From an uncultured delta proteobacterium (GTDB taxonomy: Bacteria > Desulfobacterota > Binatia > UBA9968), in NCBI GenBank assembly GCA_963745835.1, contig CAVUZH010000014.1, positions 192,001-256,000 of the forward strand: 64,000 nt of DNA, written 5' to 3'. Positions 1-9,127 of the stretch are shown one piece after another (position 1 is the stretch's first letter; the number at the start of each line of letters is the position of its first letter). The notes beneath the pieces were generated by a model. The model worked only from the letters and a program-made list of their open reading frames with translations, had not been told where the DNA came from and made no database searches. The position numbers and the translations under genes were made by a program.

Positions 1-1
1 A

Positions 2-259
2 GGACTCATTCAAGATGGACGACTGAGCCGTTTTTCCGTGGTAATCTCGGATCGGCCGGGGAATCTGGCAAGGCTCACTCAACGAATCGCCGACCTCGAT
101 GCCAATATCTTGCAAATCGGCCAGAGCCGCGGCTTCGGCCGAATTGCCATTGATCAAACGGAAGTCGAACTAGTGGTCGAGACAGCCGGTTTGGATCATG
201 TCGAACGGATTAGAAACCAGTTGAGCAAAGACGGCTTTCAAGTTCGATGGGAAAGTTAA
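2..259 (+). CDS. ilvA: Threonine ammonia-lyase, C-terminal ACT domain (partial, runs off window start)
   Basis: Frame from nt 2 reads GLIQDGRLSRFSVVISDRPGNLARLTQRIADLDANIL...VELVVETAGLDHVERI, the ACT-domain tail typical of medium-form threonine dehydratases. Confidence 0.75.
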   Translation, partial: GLIQDGRLSRFSVVISDRPGNLARLTQRIADLDANILQIGQSRGFGRIAIDQTEVELVVETAGLDHVERIRNQLSKDGFQVRWES

Positions 260-479
260 ACGCGCGTCGCTTTAAGCGCGTGATGCACTTTGGACGCCGT
301 ATCGTTTTTATCAACTGAGGGCGAAAATTGAAATCAAACGGATCGGGGATGACTTCAATGAAGACTATCCGCGCAGTCACATCCTGTTGATTCAGAAAAA
401 CTACCTGCCTGTTTGGATCGCAGTGCTAGTTGGCAAATTAGCAACTGGATATTACATTATAAATGGAGGTGTGATTTCT

Positions 480-707
480 ATGAAGACGATCAAGAAAAAA
501 CTGCTCATCTTAGTGATCGCGGCGGTTATGATTGCGCCTGCGGGTTGTAAGAGGAGCGAGGATGGTGAAGGCTCTGCAGAACAAGCCGGTAGAAAGATCG
601 ACAACGTTCTCGAAAAAGCCGGTCAGGAAACCGGTAAGCTAATGGAACGAGTGGGCGAGTCCATGCAGAAGGCGGGAGAAAACATGCAAGACAGTTCGAA
701 AAAATAG
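480..707 (+). CDS. Small lipoprotein, unknown function
   Basis: GGAGGT RBS before ATG 480; basic N-terminus, hydrophobic stretch, lipobox-like PAGC; AEQAGRKID motif. Confidence 0.7.
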   Translation: MKTIKKKLLILVIAAVMIAPAGCKRSEDGEGSAEQAGRKIDNVLEKAGQETGKLMERVGESMQKAGENMQDSSKK

Positions 708-1478
708 CGTTACAAAAGAAGAGTCCACCACGAAATTAGATCCTTCAGCAGCATCGGCAAGCTTCGGACGTTGCTTGCTGATCACCTTCTCACGAACTCA
801 CCTACACAGCTAAGTCCGCGAAGCAAACCGCTTCATCTCAGTCGTATTAGCTGAGCGTCATCAACGCAGTCCGATTACATGGGATTATTTGAGACAACAC
901 GAGCTACTCCGCGCCATATAACGGATCTCTCTTCCTTGGCATTTTCCGATTGAATCCTCCCCGCAGCACTATGTGCGACGTAATAAACGTTCTGATAGCA
1001 GTTGGTGTTCGGTTCGAGGTTATTTTCACCTATCACATCATTTTTGCGCTTTGAGATAATTTTGCGAGCCAAGCTCGCGCAAGTATCTCTCGAGTTAAAC
1101 GGCTTGTAGCGTTTGTCATGAGTCGATGGACTTTGTTGACACTCTTTTTCCCGTTTAACGCTCCTAAGTGCGCAAAGGAAACATAACAGGTTGTTATCTA
1201 CCGCTAACTGAGCGCGCATCAATGTCATTAAATGCAGTAATCCAGTTGTAAGCACACTACCTCAACCTCACACTCATAGAAGAGCATTCAGGCGTTACAG
1301 ATCGTTCGGCTAATCTTGGAGGAATCTTTCGGTCCTTCGTCCACGACCCGCGCCCAGGGAACTAAGCGAACAGTAATGTCTCCAACAGCGCAAATACTTC
1401 GTGCGCAATATCAGACGAAAACTTCCTTCGAACCCCTAAACTGACTCATGCGGGAGAAGCAAAGAAGCACCATTTCAA

Positions 1479-1494
1479 TGGCATATGTGTTGCT
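1479..1494 (+). promoter_or_regulatory. Sigma-54 (-24/-12) promoter
   Basis: TGGCATATGTGTTGCT matches TGGCAC-N5-TTGC with exact GG-N10-GC spacing, ~200 bp upstream of the 1698 gene. Confidence 0.7.
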
Positions 1495-1697
1495 GAAACA
1501 GTTCTCGCAACGTCGAGATCCGCAACAGAGCCACAAACACAAAGCAGCCTTACAAAACTGAGTAATGCTGCTCCGGTGGCCTTCGAACAGGCCGCGGCCA
1601 ATCTTTCGTGCCAAGTGATAGCCGATAAAGAAACATCGATCATACACAGGGATGCGGCAATAGTGCATCCATTGAATCGATTTTTTGGAGGATAGTA

Positions 1698-3752
1698 ATG
1701 CTGTATTTCCGCTCAAGCTTTTGGTTCATTCTTGCACTTGCAATCGTATCGAATGTATTCCCAAGCCATATTGTCTCTGCCGCTCAGCTAACACTTAGTT
1801 GGACTGACGCGTCGGATAATGAGGATGGCTTCGGTATCGAACGGCGAACCGATACTAGCGGGACCTTCGCGCGCGTTGCGAGTGTTTCACCTAACGTTAG
1901 TACGTACACAGATCCCAACCTGGCAAGTAGTACTACTTATTGTTATCGTGTTAACGCATTCAACTCGGCCGGCAGTTCTGCATACACCAACGAGATTTGC
2001 GGTACGACTCTGGCCGCAAGTTTCACACTGACCTTAAATCGTTCCGGGAATGGTACGGTCACCAGTTCTCCGAGCGGCATCAGCTGTGGAAGCGATTGCA
2101 CTGAGGTCTACACTGGAGGTAGCGTCGTAAAATTAACTGCTGCGCCCGCCAGCGGTTCGACTTTCGCCAACTGGTCCGGCAACGCGGACTGCAGCGACGG
2201 TAGTGTTACAATGAACGCCAACATAACATGCACCGCAGTATTCAATCTCATAAGTACATATACGCTTTCAGTAAGCCGCGTTGGTACCGGCACGGGCACT
2301 GTGACTAGCAGCCCCACGGGAATTAATTGCGGCAGTGCATGCACGGCAAGTCTTAGCAGCGGAACAAACGTCAGTCTTGTTGCCACAGCTGCTTCGGGTT
2401 CGACATTCGCCGGCTGGTCAGGCAACTGCACGGCGGCCGGGAGCGTTACAATGACTGGCAACATGGCCTGCACAGCAACTTTCAACTCCTCTGGTTATAC
2501 GTTAACGAGTACTGTGGTTAATGAAGTGACATCAAGCGGGAGTCCTAGTGGAACGGTCGTCAGCAGTCCCGCCGGAATAAACTGCGGGACCGACTGTACA
2601 GAGAGCTATCCTGCGGGACAGATGGTTACTTTAACACCGAAGCCGGCAGCCAATTCTAAGTTTAAGTCGTGGACAGGACATGCCGATTGCGCCGATGGGT
2701 CGGTAAAAATAGATGCCAATAAAACCTGTACCGCAACATTTATCCTTAACACACTAAGCCTTTCTGTTTCGAAGACTGGCAATGGCACCGTTACCAGCAC
2801 TCCCTCTGGGGTCAATTGCGGCGCCGTTTGTTCCTTTAACTTTGTCGGGGGAACAGCCGTAACGTTAAAGGCCACCCCTGACGCAGGGTTTGCATTCGCG
2901 GGTTGGACCGGAGGCTGCACCGGAACAGCGGATTGCAAGCTAACGCTATCGTCCAATACAACCGTCACAGCAAATTTTGTTAACAGCTTTAGCGATAGGA
3001 TCGGTATTTACCGCCCGTCCACCGGTGAGTGGTTCTTGGACCGCAACGGCAATGGCTGGTGGGACGCCGCTGATACTCACGCCGAAACTTTCGGCGAATC
3101 ATCCGGAATACCCGTAGTCGGCGATTGGAACGGCTCAGGCAAAACTAAAGTCGGCTTGTTCGTACCCGAGACATCACAGTGGTTCTTGGATCTCAACGGC
3201 AACGGGATTTGGGATGACTGTGGAGTGGATGTTTGTGTAAAATCGTTCGGCCAGTCAACGGATCTGCCAGCAGTCGGACAGTGGACCACCACTCCCGGCG
3301 ATTCGCTCGGCGTTTTTAGACGGTCAGAGAAGAAATGGTATCTCGATATCAATCGCAATAAGGCTTTGGATGGATGCCGCACCGATGAATGCCCGAGCTT
3401 CAGTGTCTACGTGAACGGAGATATACATGTGACAGGTGATTGGACGGGCAGCGGGACCACTCAATTGGGACTGTTTCGTCCGAGCACCGGTGAATGGTTT
3501 CTCAATCGGGATGGCAATAGATCCTGGAATAACTGTAAAAAGGATACCTGCATCACCAATTTCGGTGAGGCTGGCGACCTGCCTGTGATTGGCGATTGGA
3601 ATGGAACAGGCATAAGCAAGATCGGCGTGTTTAGACCGGCAACCGGCGAATGGTTCTTGGATCTAAACGGCAATGGCAAGTGGGATGACGGTATCGATCT
3701 ACAGTTGTCATACGGTGAATCCGGGGATGTTCCCATCGTTGGCAAATGGTAA
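1698..3752 (+). CDS. Secreted surface protein: FN3 domain, four Cys-containing InlB-B-like repeats, FG-GAP-like beta-propeller repeats
   Basis: Signal peptide; LSWTDASDNEDGF...YCYRVNAFN (FN3); four GTV(T/V)S(S/T)PxG(I/V)xCGxxC repeats; C-terminal repeats GxFRPSTGEWFLDxNGNGxWD and PVxGDWNG; GGAGG RBS. Confidence 0.85.
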   Translation: MLYFRSSFWFILALAIVSNVFPSHIVSAAQLTLSWTDASDNEDGFGIERRTDTSGTFARVASVSPNVSTYTDPNLASSTTYCYRVNAFNSAGSSAYTNEICGTTLAASFTLTLNRSGNGTVTSSPSGISCGSDCTEVYTGGSVVKLTAAPASGSTFANWSGNADCSDGSVTMNANITCTAVFNLISTYTLSVSRVGTGTGTVTSSPTGINCGSACTASLSSGTNVSLVATAASGSTFAGWSGNCTAAGSVTMTGNMACTATFNSSGYTLTSTVVNEVTSSGSPSGTVVSSPAGINCGTDCTESYPAGQMVTLTPKPAANSKFKSWTGHADCADGSVKIDANKTCTATFILNTLSLSVSKTGNGTVTSTPSGVNCGAVCSFNFVGGTAVTLKATPDAGFAFAGWTGGCTGTADCKLTLSSNTTVTANFVNSFSDRIGIYRPSTGEWFLDRNGNGWWDAADTHAETFGESSGIPVVGDWNGSGKTKVGLFVPETSQWFLDLNGNGIWDDCGVDVCVKSFGQSTDLPAVGQWTTTPGDSLGVFRRSEKKWYLDINRNKALDGCRTDECPSFSVYVNGDIHVTGDWTGSGTTQLGLFRPSTGEWFLNRDGNRSWNNCKKDTCITNFGEAGDLPVIGDWNGTGISKIGVFRPATGEWFLDLNGNGKWDDGIDLQLSYGESGDVPIVGKW

Positions 3753-3888
3753 ATCGAAGACTCTCCCCATTCTGATGTGCGACAGCTCCGTCAAACGAAG
3801 CTGCCGCACGAGCTTTTGTAATAATGTCGATACGAAGTGATCCAACTAAAGCTCTACGAGTCGTTCAGAAACACCCATTGGCAGGCCT

Positions 3889-3977
3889 TGGCGGAGGGGG
3901 CGAGATTCGAACTCGCGGTGCACTAAGTGCACGCCGGTTTTCAAGACCGGTGGTTTCAACCGCTCACCCACCCCTCC
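3889..3977 (-). tRNA. tRNA-Ser (anticodon UGA)
   Basis: Reverse complement folds as GGAGGGG/CCCCTCC acceptor stem, CCGGT-CTTGAAA-ACCGG anticodon arm, long variable arm GTGCAC-TTA-GTGCAC, GCGAG-TTCGAAT-CTCGC T arm, G discriminator and encoded CCA. Confidence 0.97.
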
Positions 3978-3986
3978 GATAAGTAA

Positions 3987-3999
3987 AATCAACTACTTA
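3987..3999 (+). promoter_or_regulatory. IHF-binding consensus next to att core
   Basis: AATCAACTACTTA matches WATCAANNNNTTR exactly, 9 bp from the att repeat. Confidence 0.6.
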
Positions 4000-5155
4000 G
4001 GTTAGCTGCGGATTTGTCGGCAGGATTCGTTTGAACACTATTGGAACAAATTCCGAACGCTCTTGCAACGTCTCCGGGCTTTAGATTCACATATCGCTGA
4101 TGCATGGCGACACTGTTATGGCCCGCCGCTTTCATCGCGATATCGACGTGAACGCCCTGCCGCGACCATTCCGTCTTTGCGCTGTGCCGGTAGTCATGGA
4201 AACGAAAATTCTCCACTTTGGCTCGCTTGCGCGCGACTCTCACGGCCTGGGTGATCATTTCCTTGGTTATTGCTCGGCCGTCATCTCTGGTGAACACAAG
4301 TCCGTTCACGTTGGCAACGATATTTTCCCCCCGTTTCTCCCGCTCGATCTCATCGAGAATTTCAAGAACCCTGTCGGTTAATGGCGCGCGCTGCTCGACG
4401 CCCGTTTTGACTCTACCGCCAGCGGGTACGATCTCCCGCCGCTGTTTGTCTATCATGTTCTTGGTCAACCGAATGATATCGACTTCCGATAAGCACGTTT
4501 CCCGCGCCACTATAGCAATGCGCCTAAGCCACGCAGGATAAGCGTCGAGCATCGCCGTTTCTTCATTGGCGTCTAGGATCCGGTCGCGCTGCGATCGCTG
4601 TATCAAACCAGCGAACGACGGCGCCGCAGCCTCGATTTCGTTCTCCCTTGCCTTATTAAGCATATGACGAAAGCAAGAAAGCTCATTAGCCACGGTTCCC
4701 GATGAAACTGTCTTGGCAGCCGCTTTGCCATTGCGGATGATATGCTCTTGAAGCCGTTCGGTTCTATACTTGAATAGGTGCTCTCGCTTTATCTCAGTTA
4801 ACAGTATTGAACCGAGCAGACGCTTAATGGTTGCAACTAGATCACACTCGCGGCTGAATGATCGCTTGGTTTTGATTTCCTCAAGCTTGAGATAGCATTC
4901 GCCCCACTTGGCAACCGTCATTCCCTCTTCCGGCTTGTTTTTCTCCGCGTCAAAATCCTTTTCGATCGCGTTTTCGCCCTTGAGCCGATCGAGCTTCCTT
5001 CTGGCTATCTTGAGATTGCCGCCGAGGGCAAATTTTCTACGCTTACCACTCCAGTCTGTGAAAATCCCATAGTAGCGCGTTGACCATTCGCCAGAGCTCA
5101 GATGGTATCTGCATGAATAGAAGTGCTCGTTAATCTTCTCGAGTATCTGTTTCAT
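3989..5155 (-). CDS. Tyrosine recombinase/integrase
   Basis: FRFHDYRH and AAGHNSVAMHQRY catalytic motifs; N-terminal arm-binding-like region; GAGGAG RBS before ATG 5155; adjacent to att/tRNA. Confidence 0.92.
   Translation of the reverse strand: MKQILEKINEHFYSCRYHLSSGEWSTRYYGIFTDWSGKRRKFALGGNLKIARRKLDRLKGENAIEKDFDAEKNKPEEGMTVAKWGECYLKLEEIKTKRSFSRECDLVATIKRLLGSILLTEIKREHLFKYRTERLQEHIIRNGKAAAKTVSSGTVANELSCFRHMLNKARENEIEAAAPSFAGLIQRSQRDRILDANEETAMLDAYPAWLRRIAIVARETCLSEVDIIRLTKNMIDKQRREIVPAGGRVKTGVEQRAPLTDRVLEILDEIEREKRGENIVANVNGLVFTRDDGRAITKEMITQAVRVARKRAKVENFRFHDYRHSAKTEWSRQGVHVDIAMKAAGHNSVAMHQRYVNLKPGDVARAFGICSNSVQTNPADKSAANLSS
4018..4052. repeat. Putative integrase arm-type site, left end (matches 19891-19917 and 19956-19975)
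   Basis: TTTGAACACTATTGGAACAA occurs at ~4030 and ~19895; CGGCAGGATTCGTTTGAACA at 4018 resembles CAGCAGGATTCATTCAAACA at 19956. Confidence 0.7.
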
Positions 5156-5272
5156 TGTTATCTCCTCAGCGATAGAAGTTGATCCGCTACCCATTTGAAA
5201 TTTCGTGGTGCTCTACTTCTCCCTTGCTCCGATCCTTTTGCTCCAATGTTTTACTATCGCTGTATGGCACCG

Positions 5273-5497
5273 TCAAGCGGGACTACGTTTCTTTCCGCTA
5301 TATTGACGCGCTGCATCAACCCGATAACCTTTGAGATCTTTCGCCGAGATCAAAAGAACCTTATCTTTAACAAGTCGGGTGCGCTCTCCCCAACTGGCTG
5401 CAAGACGACCTTTCTTGATCGCTTCGTGAATTGCGCCCCGAGTAACTCCCAGCTTCTTTGCCGCTTCAGTTATCGTGTAGCTTTTCTTTGTAATCAT
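5273..5497 (-). CDS. Excisionase-like helix-turn-helix protein
   Basis: YTITEAAKKLGVTRGAIHEAIKKGRLAA is an Xis/HTH_17 pattern; directly upstream of the integrase. Confidence 0.8.
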   Translation of the reverse strand: MITKKSYTITEAAKKLGVTRGAIHEAIKKGRLAASWGERTRLVKDKVLLISAKDLKGYRVDAARQYSGKKRSPA

Positions 5498-5514
5498 CTT
5501 TTGAGGGTGTTTAC

Positions 5515-6443
5515 TTAGTCATTCATCTTAGCTTCATCGGGAAGGGTTGCTCGGATGCTAATCTTTAATGCTTCTGCGCCTGCTTTGGTGTTTGTCGAGT
5601 TCCAAAGTATCGTGTGCATGTGATTAGTATCGAAGTGTGTTCCGTGTCGGTGGAAGAAAGACTCTTCACAAGTATAGAAGACCGGCTTTCCTAAGCCTTC
5701 CGCGAAACCCGCCTCCCAATAAGCGCCTCGGTTGTCTTGTGTCAAATCAACGACAAGAAAACGGCTTGTCCTAATTTCGACTCTAAGGCGATTATCGATT
5801 GAGCCTGCGCTAGGAGATTCGTCTAACCGGTAAAGCAAGAAGGCAGTTTTCCCGACTTCGGTTTTAAACGCTGCGAATGCAGCGTCGACTTGAGTGTTGC
5901 CGAACGGCATGGCCATAAAAGCCTTCTTACTTTCAGAGCGTCCCCGCTTTAGTTCCCAATAGCGATCCCACCCTTTGAGCTTCAAGACTAATTTCGCGCC
6001 CTCTGTATCAAGGAAACCCTCTTGGTCCAAATTCCTGACCAAATCTATGAGCGCACTAGATTGATACGCGCCTATTACCGGAAACAGTTTGGAAGCCTCA
6101 CAAGGTACGGGCATGCTAGGCGCTGAGTTGTCTCGGTCCAAATCAAAAGGTTATCGGCCTGCTCTCTGGCAGTTGGAATATCCCGCTCCTCAACAACTTG
6201 TTTGACTAATTTCGATGGTACTATGGGCTGATCGGCTCTCTGCATTTTGCGGATCGCGTGCATTAAAACAGGACGAACTTTTGGCGCTTTTTGAATCGCC
6301 TCAGTTATTTCGGAGTCCGCCGATTCTTCAAGGAAAAATTCTCCGCATGAGGGACACCGAACATCCAATCTCGTATTCAATGGACCTACGAAAGAAACGC
6401 GAGCATCGGTTCTTTCACAAGCAGGACAGTTTCTTGTGGTCAT
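5515..6443 (-). pseudogene. Zn-ribbon plus nucleoside 2-deoxyribosyltransferase/TIR-like domain protein, frameshifted near 6135-6141
   Basis: N-part CPAC...CPSCGEF; C-part KAFMAMPF...IRTSRFLVVDLTQDNRGAYWEAGFAEGLGKPV; two overlapping ORFs join with one indel. Confidence 0.7.
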
Positions 6444-6542
6444 GCGCGTTGGTATCACCCTTTCGCGGCAAGTTTCAATTTAAAAATCGTCGGTTCCTGC
6501 CTTGCTTCCGTTCACCTGTTGATATAAATCGTCGCGTCGAAG

Positions 6543-6803
6543 ATGACTATTGGTCTTGCCGTACTGTACGGATGGTGGGTCATCGTCGCCTGCTTCCTTG
6601 GCTGGGTCCTAATCGGCACAATCAAGCGAGAATCATTTCTGGTTAAATACTTCCCGAAATTTTACCGCCGCATCGTTTCGCTGCATCGACTTAAAGATAC
6701 CTTAAAGGTCCTAGCAGGCTTGATACTGCTCGTTGCATTTGCCGCCGCAATAGTTTGGTTATTCGATGTGCAACCGGGTACGTTTGGACAGCGTCACTGG
6801 TAA
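6543..6803 (+). CDS. Small two-TM membrane protein
   Basis: Two hydrophobic segments separated by a basic loop, 86 aa. Confidence 0.6.
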   Translation: MTIGLAVLYGWWVIVACFLGWVLIGTIKRESFLVKYFPKFYRRIVSLHRLKDTLKVLAGLILLVAFAAAIVWLFDVQPGTFGQRHW

Positions 6804-6832
6804 ACCCGGTTTTCTTCATTCCTTGCTCAATT

Positions 6833-6966
6833 TCAACAAAATTTCCCAGCCGCGCGCCTGATCCAGCGGCGCCGGCGCCATTAAAGAGATAATCGCCGTC
6901 CCGGGCAGATAAAAGAGGCGAATGGAGTTCTGGCGGCGCGGCTGGGGCAACCTTCTCTCTTGTTGA
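6833..6966. ncRNA. Putative structured RNA element
   Basis: CCCAGCCGCGC (6845-6855) pairs perfectly with GCGCGGCTGGG (6936-6946); flanking TCAACAA/TTGTTGA extend the stem; inner TCGCC/GGCGA hairpin. Confidence 0.35.
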
Positions 6967-7030
6967 CAATCTCCAACGTTAAATTCAAAGTGGCTCAATG
7001 TCTCTTAGCAATCTCGATAAACTACTCGGC

Positions 7031-7358
7031 ATGCTTACTATCACAATCAAAGAATTTTCGTTTCCACTGAACTACATACTTCTCGCGGCAGCATTCCTTT
7101 TTTTCTACGGCAATTTTCTACGGAGCTCATTTGGTCGTAAGTGGCTTGGCGCTTTTTTTGGGAGTTATAGCGGCGCAGTCTTGGCGTCAACGGTATCCCC
7201 GGATCTATCTTGACAACTCAACTGCGCCTTGGGGCGATCGACCATTAACACGAGACCGTCCGAACTTGCGTCTGTTGAGATTATTAGGAACATCATTCCT
7301 ATGGATCTTGGTAGCGATTTTGATGTTTTTTGCCTTTGTCCTATATCTAAATCGCTAA
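7031..7358 (+). pseudogene. Small multi-TM membrane protein, frameshifted in T7 run (7098-7104)
   Basis: Removing one T joins MLTITIKEFSFPLNYILLAAAFLF to STAIFYGAHLVVSGLALFLG...FFAFVLYLNR. Confidence 0.5.
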
Positions 7359-7432
7359 CCTTGGATAGATGCGCCTTCCGGGCGCGTCCCCGTCCCCTAC
7401 TGGTAAAAATTGACTTCGGAAAACGGCAGGTA

Positions 7433-7574
7433 TTGTGCTATTAACGCCGCCCTCGCTGCGCAGCGATACCGTTACGCCCAACCTTTGACTCCCGTCAGAG
7501 GCCGCTGCGCTGGCGAGGCCCAAGGACTCCTACCCTCTGCGAAGCGGTCGGATCGAAAGATTCGGCCCCTTTGC
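7433..7574 (+). ncRNA. Putative structured ncRNA, copy 1
   Basis: Paralogous to 7764-7898; CTCGC-T-GCGCAGCG pairs with CGCTGCGC-TG-GCGAG; inner hairpin CCTTTGAC/GTCAGAGG; ends in GGTCGGATC-GAAA-GATTCGGCC hairpin followed by CCTTTGC. Confidence 0.55.
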
Positions 7575-7602
7575 ATCTCAGAAGGAATCGTTAAACTCAT
7601 TC

Positions 7603-7716
7603 ATGGGCAAGTTTCGTGCGTTTTTCAGTGAACACTGGAAAGACATAGTTAGCGTCGCGTTGTTAATGCTCGCCCTTTTTCTATGTGGCAAACTTGTTAA
7701 CTGGCTCGTTTTTTAG
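7603..7716 (+). CDS. 37-aa hydrophobic peptide
   Basis: Manual translation MGKFRAFFSEHWKDIVSVALLMLALFLCGKLVNWLVF*; below ORF-track cutoff; RBS weak. Confidence 0.45.
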   Translation: MGKFRAFFSEHWKDIVSVALLMLALFLCGKLVNWLVF

Positions 7717-7763
7717 ATAACAATTTCGAATGACAGCGGCACCACTTGATCAACTCCTACCCG

Positions 7764-7898
7764 TTGTGCTATTAACCGCGCCCTCGCTGCGCAGCGCAAT
7801 CCAACTTTTTTGATAACCCAAAATCAAAGGCACTGCGCCGCGAGCTTTAGGCCCTCTCCTCTGTGAAGGGGTCGGATCGAAAGGTTCGGCCCCTTTGC
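7764..7898 (+). ncRNA. Putative structured ncRNA, copy 2
   Basis: Same 5' TTGTGCTATTAAC..GCCCTCGCTGCGCAGCG and 3' AAGGGGTCGGATC-GAAA-GGTTCGGCCCCTT; different inner hairpin TTTGAT/ATCAAA keeps the same fold. Confidence 0.55.
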
Positions 7899-7962
7899 GC
7901 CTTGACAGTACAGTTCCTTGTGATAATCAGCTCTCCCATTTTGCACCATGGAGAACGCATCA

Positions 7963-8049
7963 ATGATGGTACTTTTGTTTTACTTTCTCGTTGCACTATT
8001 AACCGCCGTTACAGCTTCTGCGCTCATCGGTTGGTTTCTTACAACTTAG
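7963..8049 (+). CDS. 28-aa hydrophobic peptide
   Basis: MMVLLFYFLVALLTAVTASALIGWFLTT*; GGAG RBS about 10 nt upstream. Confidence 0.45.
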   Translation: MMVLLFYFLVALLTAVTASALIGWFLTT

Positions 8050-8220
8050 TCCTCGTTCACTTCAAAAATTGTGATCGAGTATCCTGATGGATAGGTTCTA
8101 TGGCTTCTGGAACTAGAAAAGAAACACGTACTAATCCTCTCCGTTGGCGCTTCGAGTGCTTTTCTCGCCACGAAGCTCAACCTCGCCTGGCCAGTGTGTT
8201 GATACGCCGCCCATAAAAAC

Positions 8221-9127
8221 ATGCCCGCACCTGGTACTGGCATCCTGTCGTTTGGGCTAGTGGCGATCCCGGTCCGCATCCATACCGCGACACATAGCGA
8301 GAACGTCTCTTTTCACCTGCTGCATGATAAATGCGGCTCGCGTGTACGCAATCAGCACTATTGCCCAGTGTGTAACATCGTCGTTGAGCGTGCAGATCTT
8401 GTCCGCGGCTTCCAACACGCCAAAGATCAGTATGTGCCGATCACGGAAGAGGAACTCGAAAGCCTCGAGGCCGAAGCTAACAGGAGTATCGATCTCAAAG
8501 AGTTCATCCCGCTTGATTCAGTCGATCCGGTCTATTTCGAGAACACTCACTATCTCGGCCGCCGACAAAGGCGGAGAGAAGCCGTATCGGCTCTGGCTGA
8601 TGCCATGGCAAAGAGCGGCCGTGTCGCGATTGCCGAGCTCGTAAGCCGCGGCAAAGAGCAGCTCGTCCTGATTCGGCCGTACCGGAAGGGTTTGGTCCTT
8701 CACACGATGTATCTACGCTGATGAGGTGCGGGACTTCAAACAGGTGCCCAAAGGCGAGAACGTGAAGGTTTCGGAAACCGAATTAGAGCTCGGCGTCGGT
8801 CTAATCGACCGGCTTACATCCGAGGAGTTCAAGCCGGAGAATTACAAAGACGAGTATCGCATCCGCGTCCTGGGGATGCTGGACGAAAAGAGCAAAGGTA
8901 AGGATATCGTGCTCGGAAAAGCGCCGGCGCCGAAGCACGGAAAAGTGATCGACATCATGGAAGCTCTAAAGCGCAGCATGGAAAGAGTGCCGGCGAAGAA
9001 GAAAACCCACAAGGGCGGGCCGCTAAGAAGAGAAAGAAGCTATCATAAGATCGTCCACCCACTCCCACGCAACGTCGGAATGGGCGGAAGCCGAGGCGCT
9101 TGGCTGGAGCGAAGTGCGGCTTTTTGA
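8221..9127 (+). pseudogene. ku: NHEJ Ku protein, about three indels
   Basis: G.LSFGLVAIPVR, FHLLHDKCGSRVR, VDPVYFENTHYL, GGEKPYRL, EEFKPENYKDEYR, KVIDIMEALKRS; frame breaks near 8560, 8590 and 8712. Confidence 0.88.

Noticed and set aside
875-1255. 126-aa minus-strand ORF
   Set aside because: No recognisable motif or RBS; region more likely upstream regulatory DNA for the sigma-54 promoter
7433-7898. Repeats as a CRISPR array or integron attC sites
   Set aside because: Only two ~140-nt diverged copies, no cas genes, no RYYYAAC/GTTRRRY box pair recognised, and the integrase does not look like IntI
7990-8008. Third copy of the TTGTGCTATTAAC motif (GTTGCACTATTAACCGCCG)
   Set aside because: Lies within the 28-aa peptide ORF and is not followed by the conserved stem; probably chance
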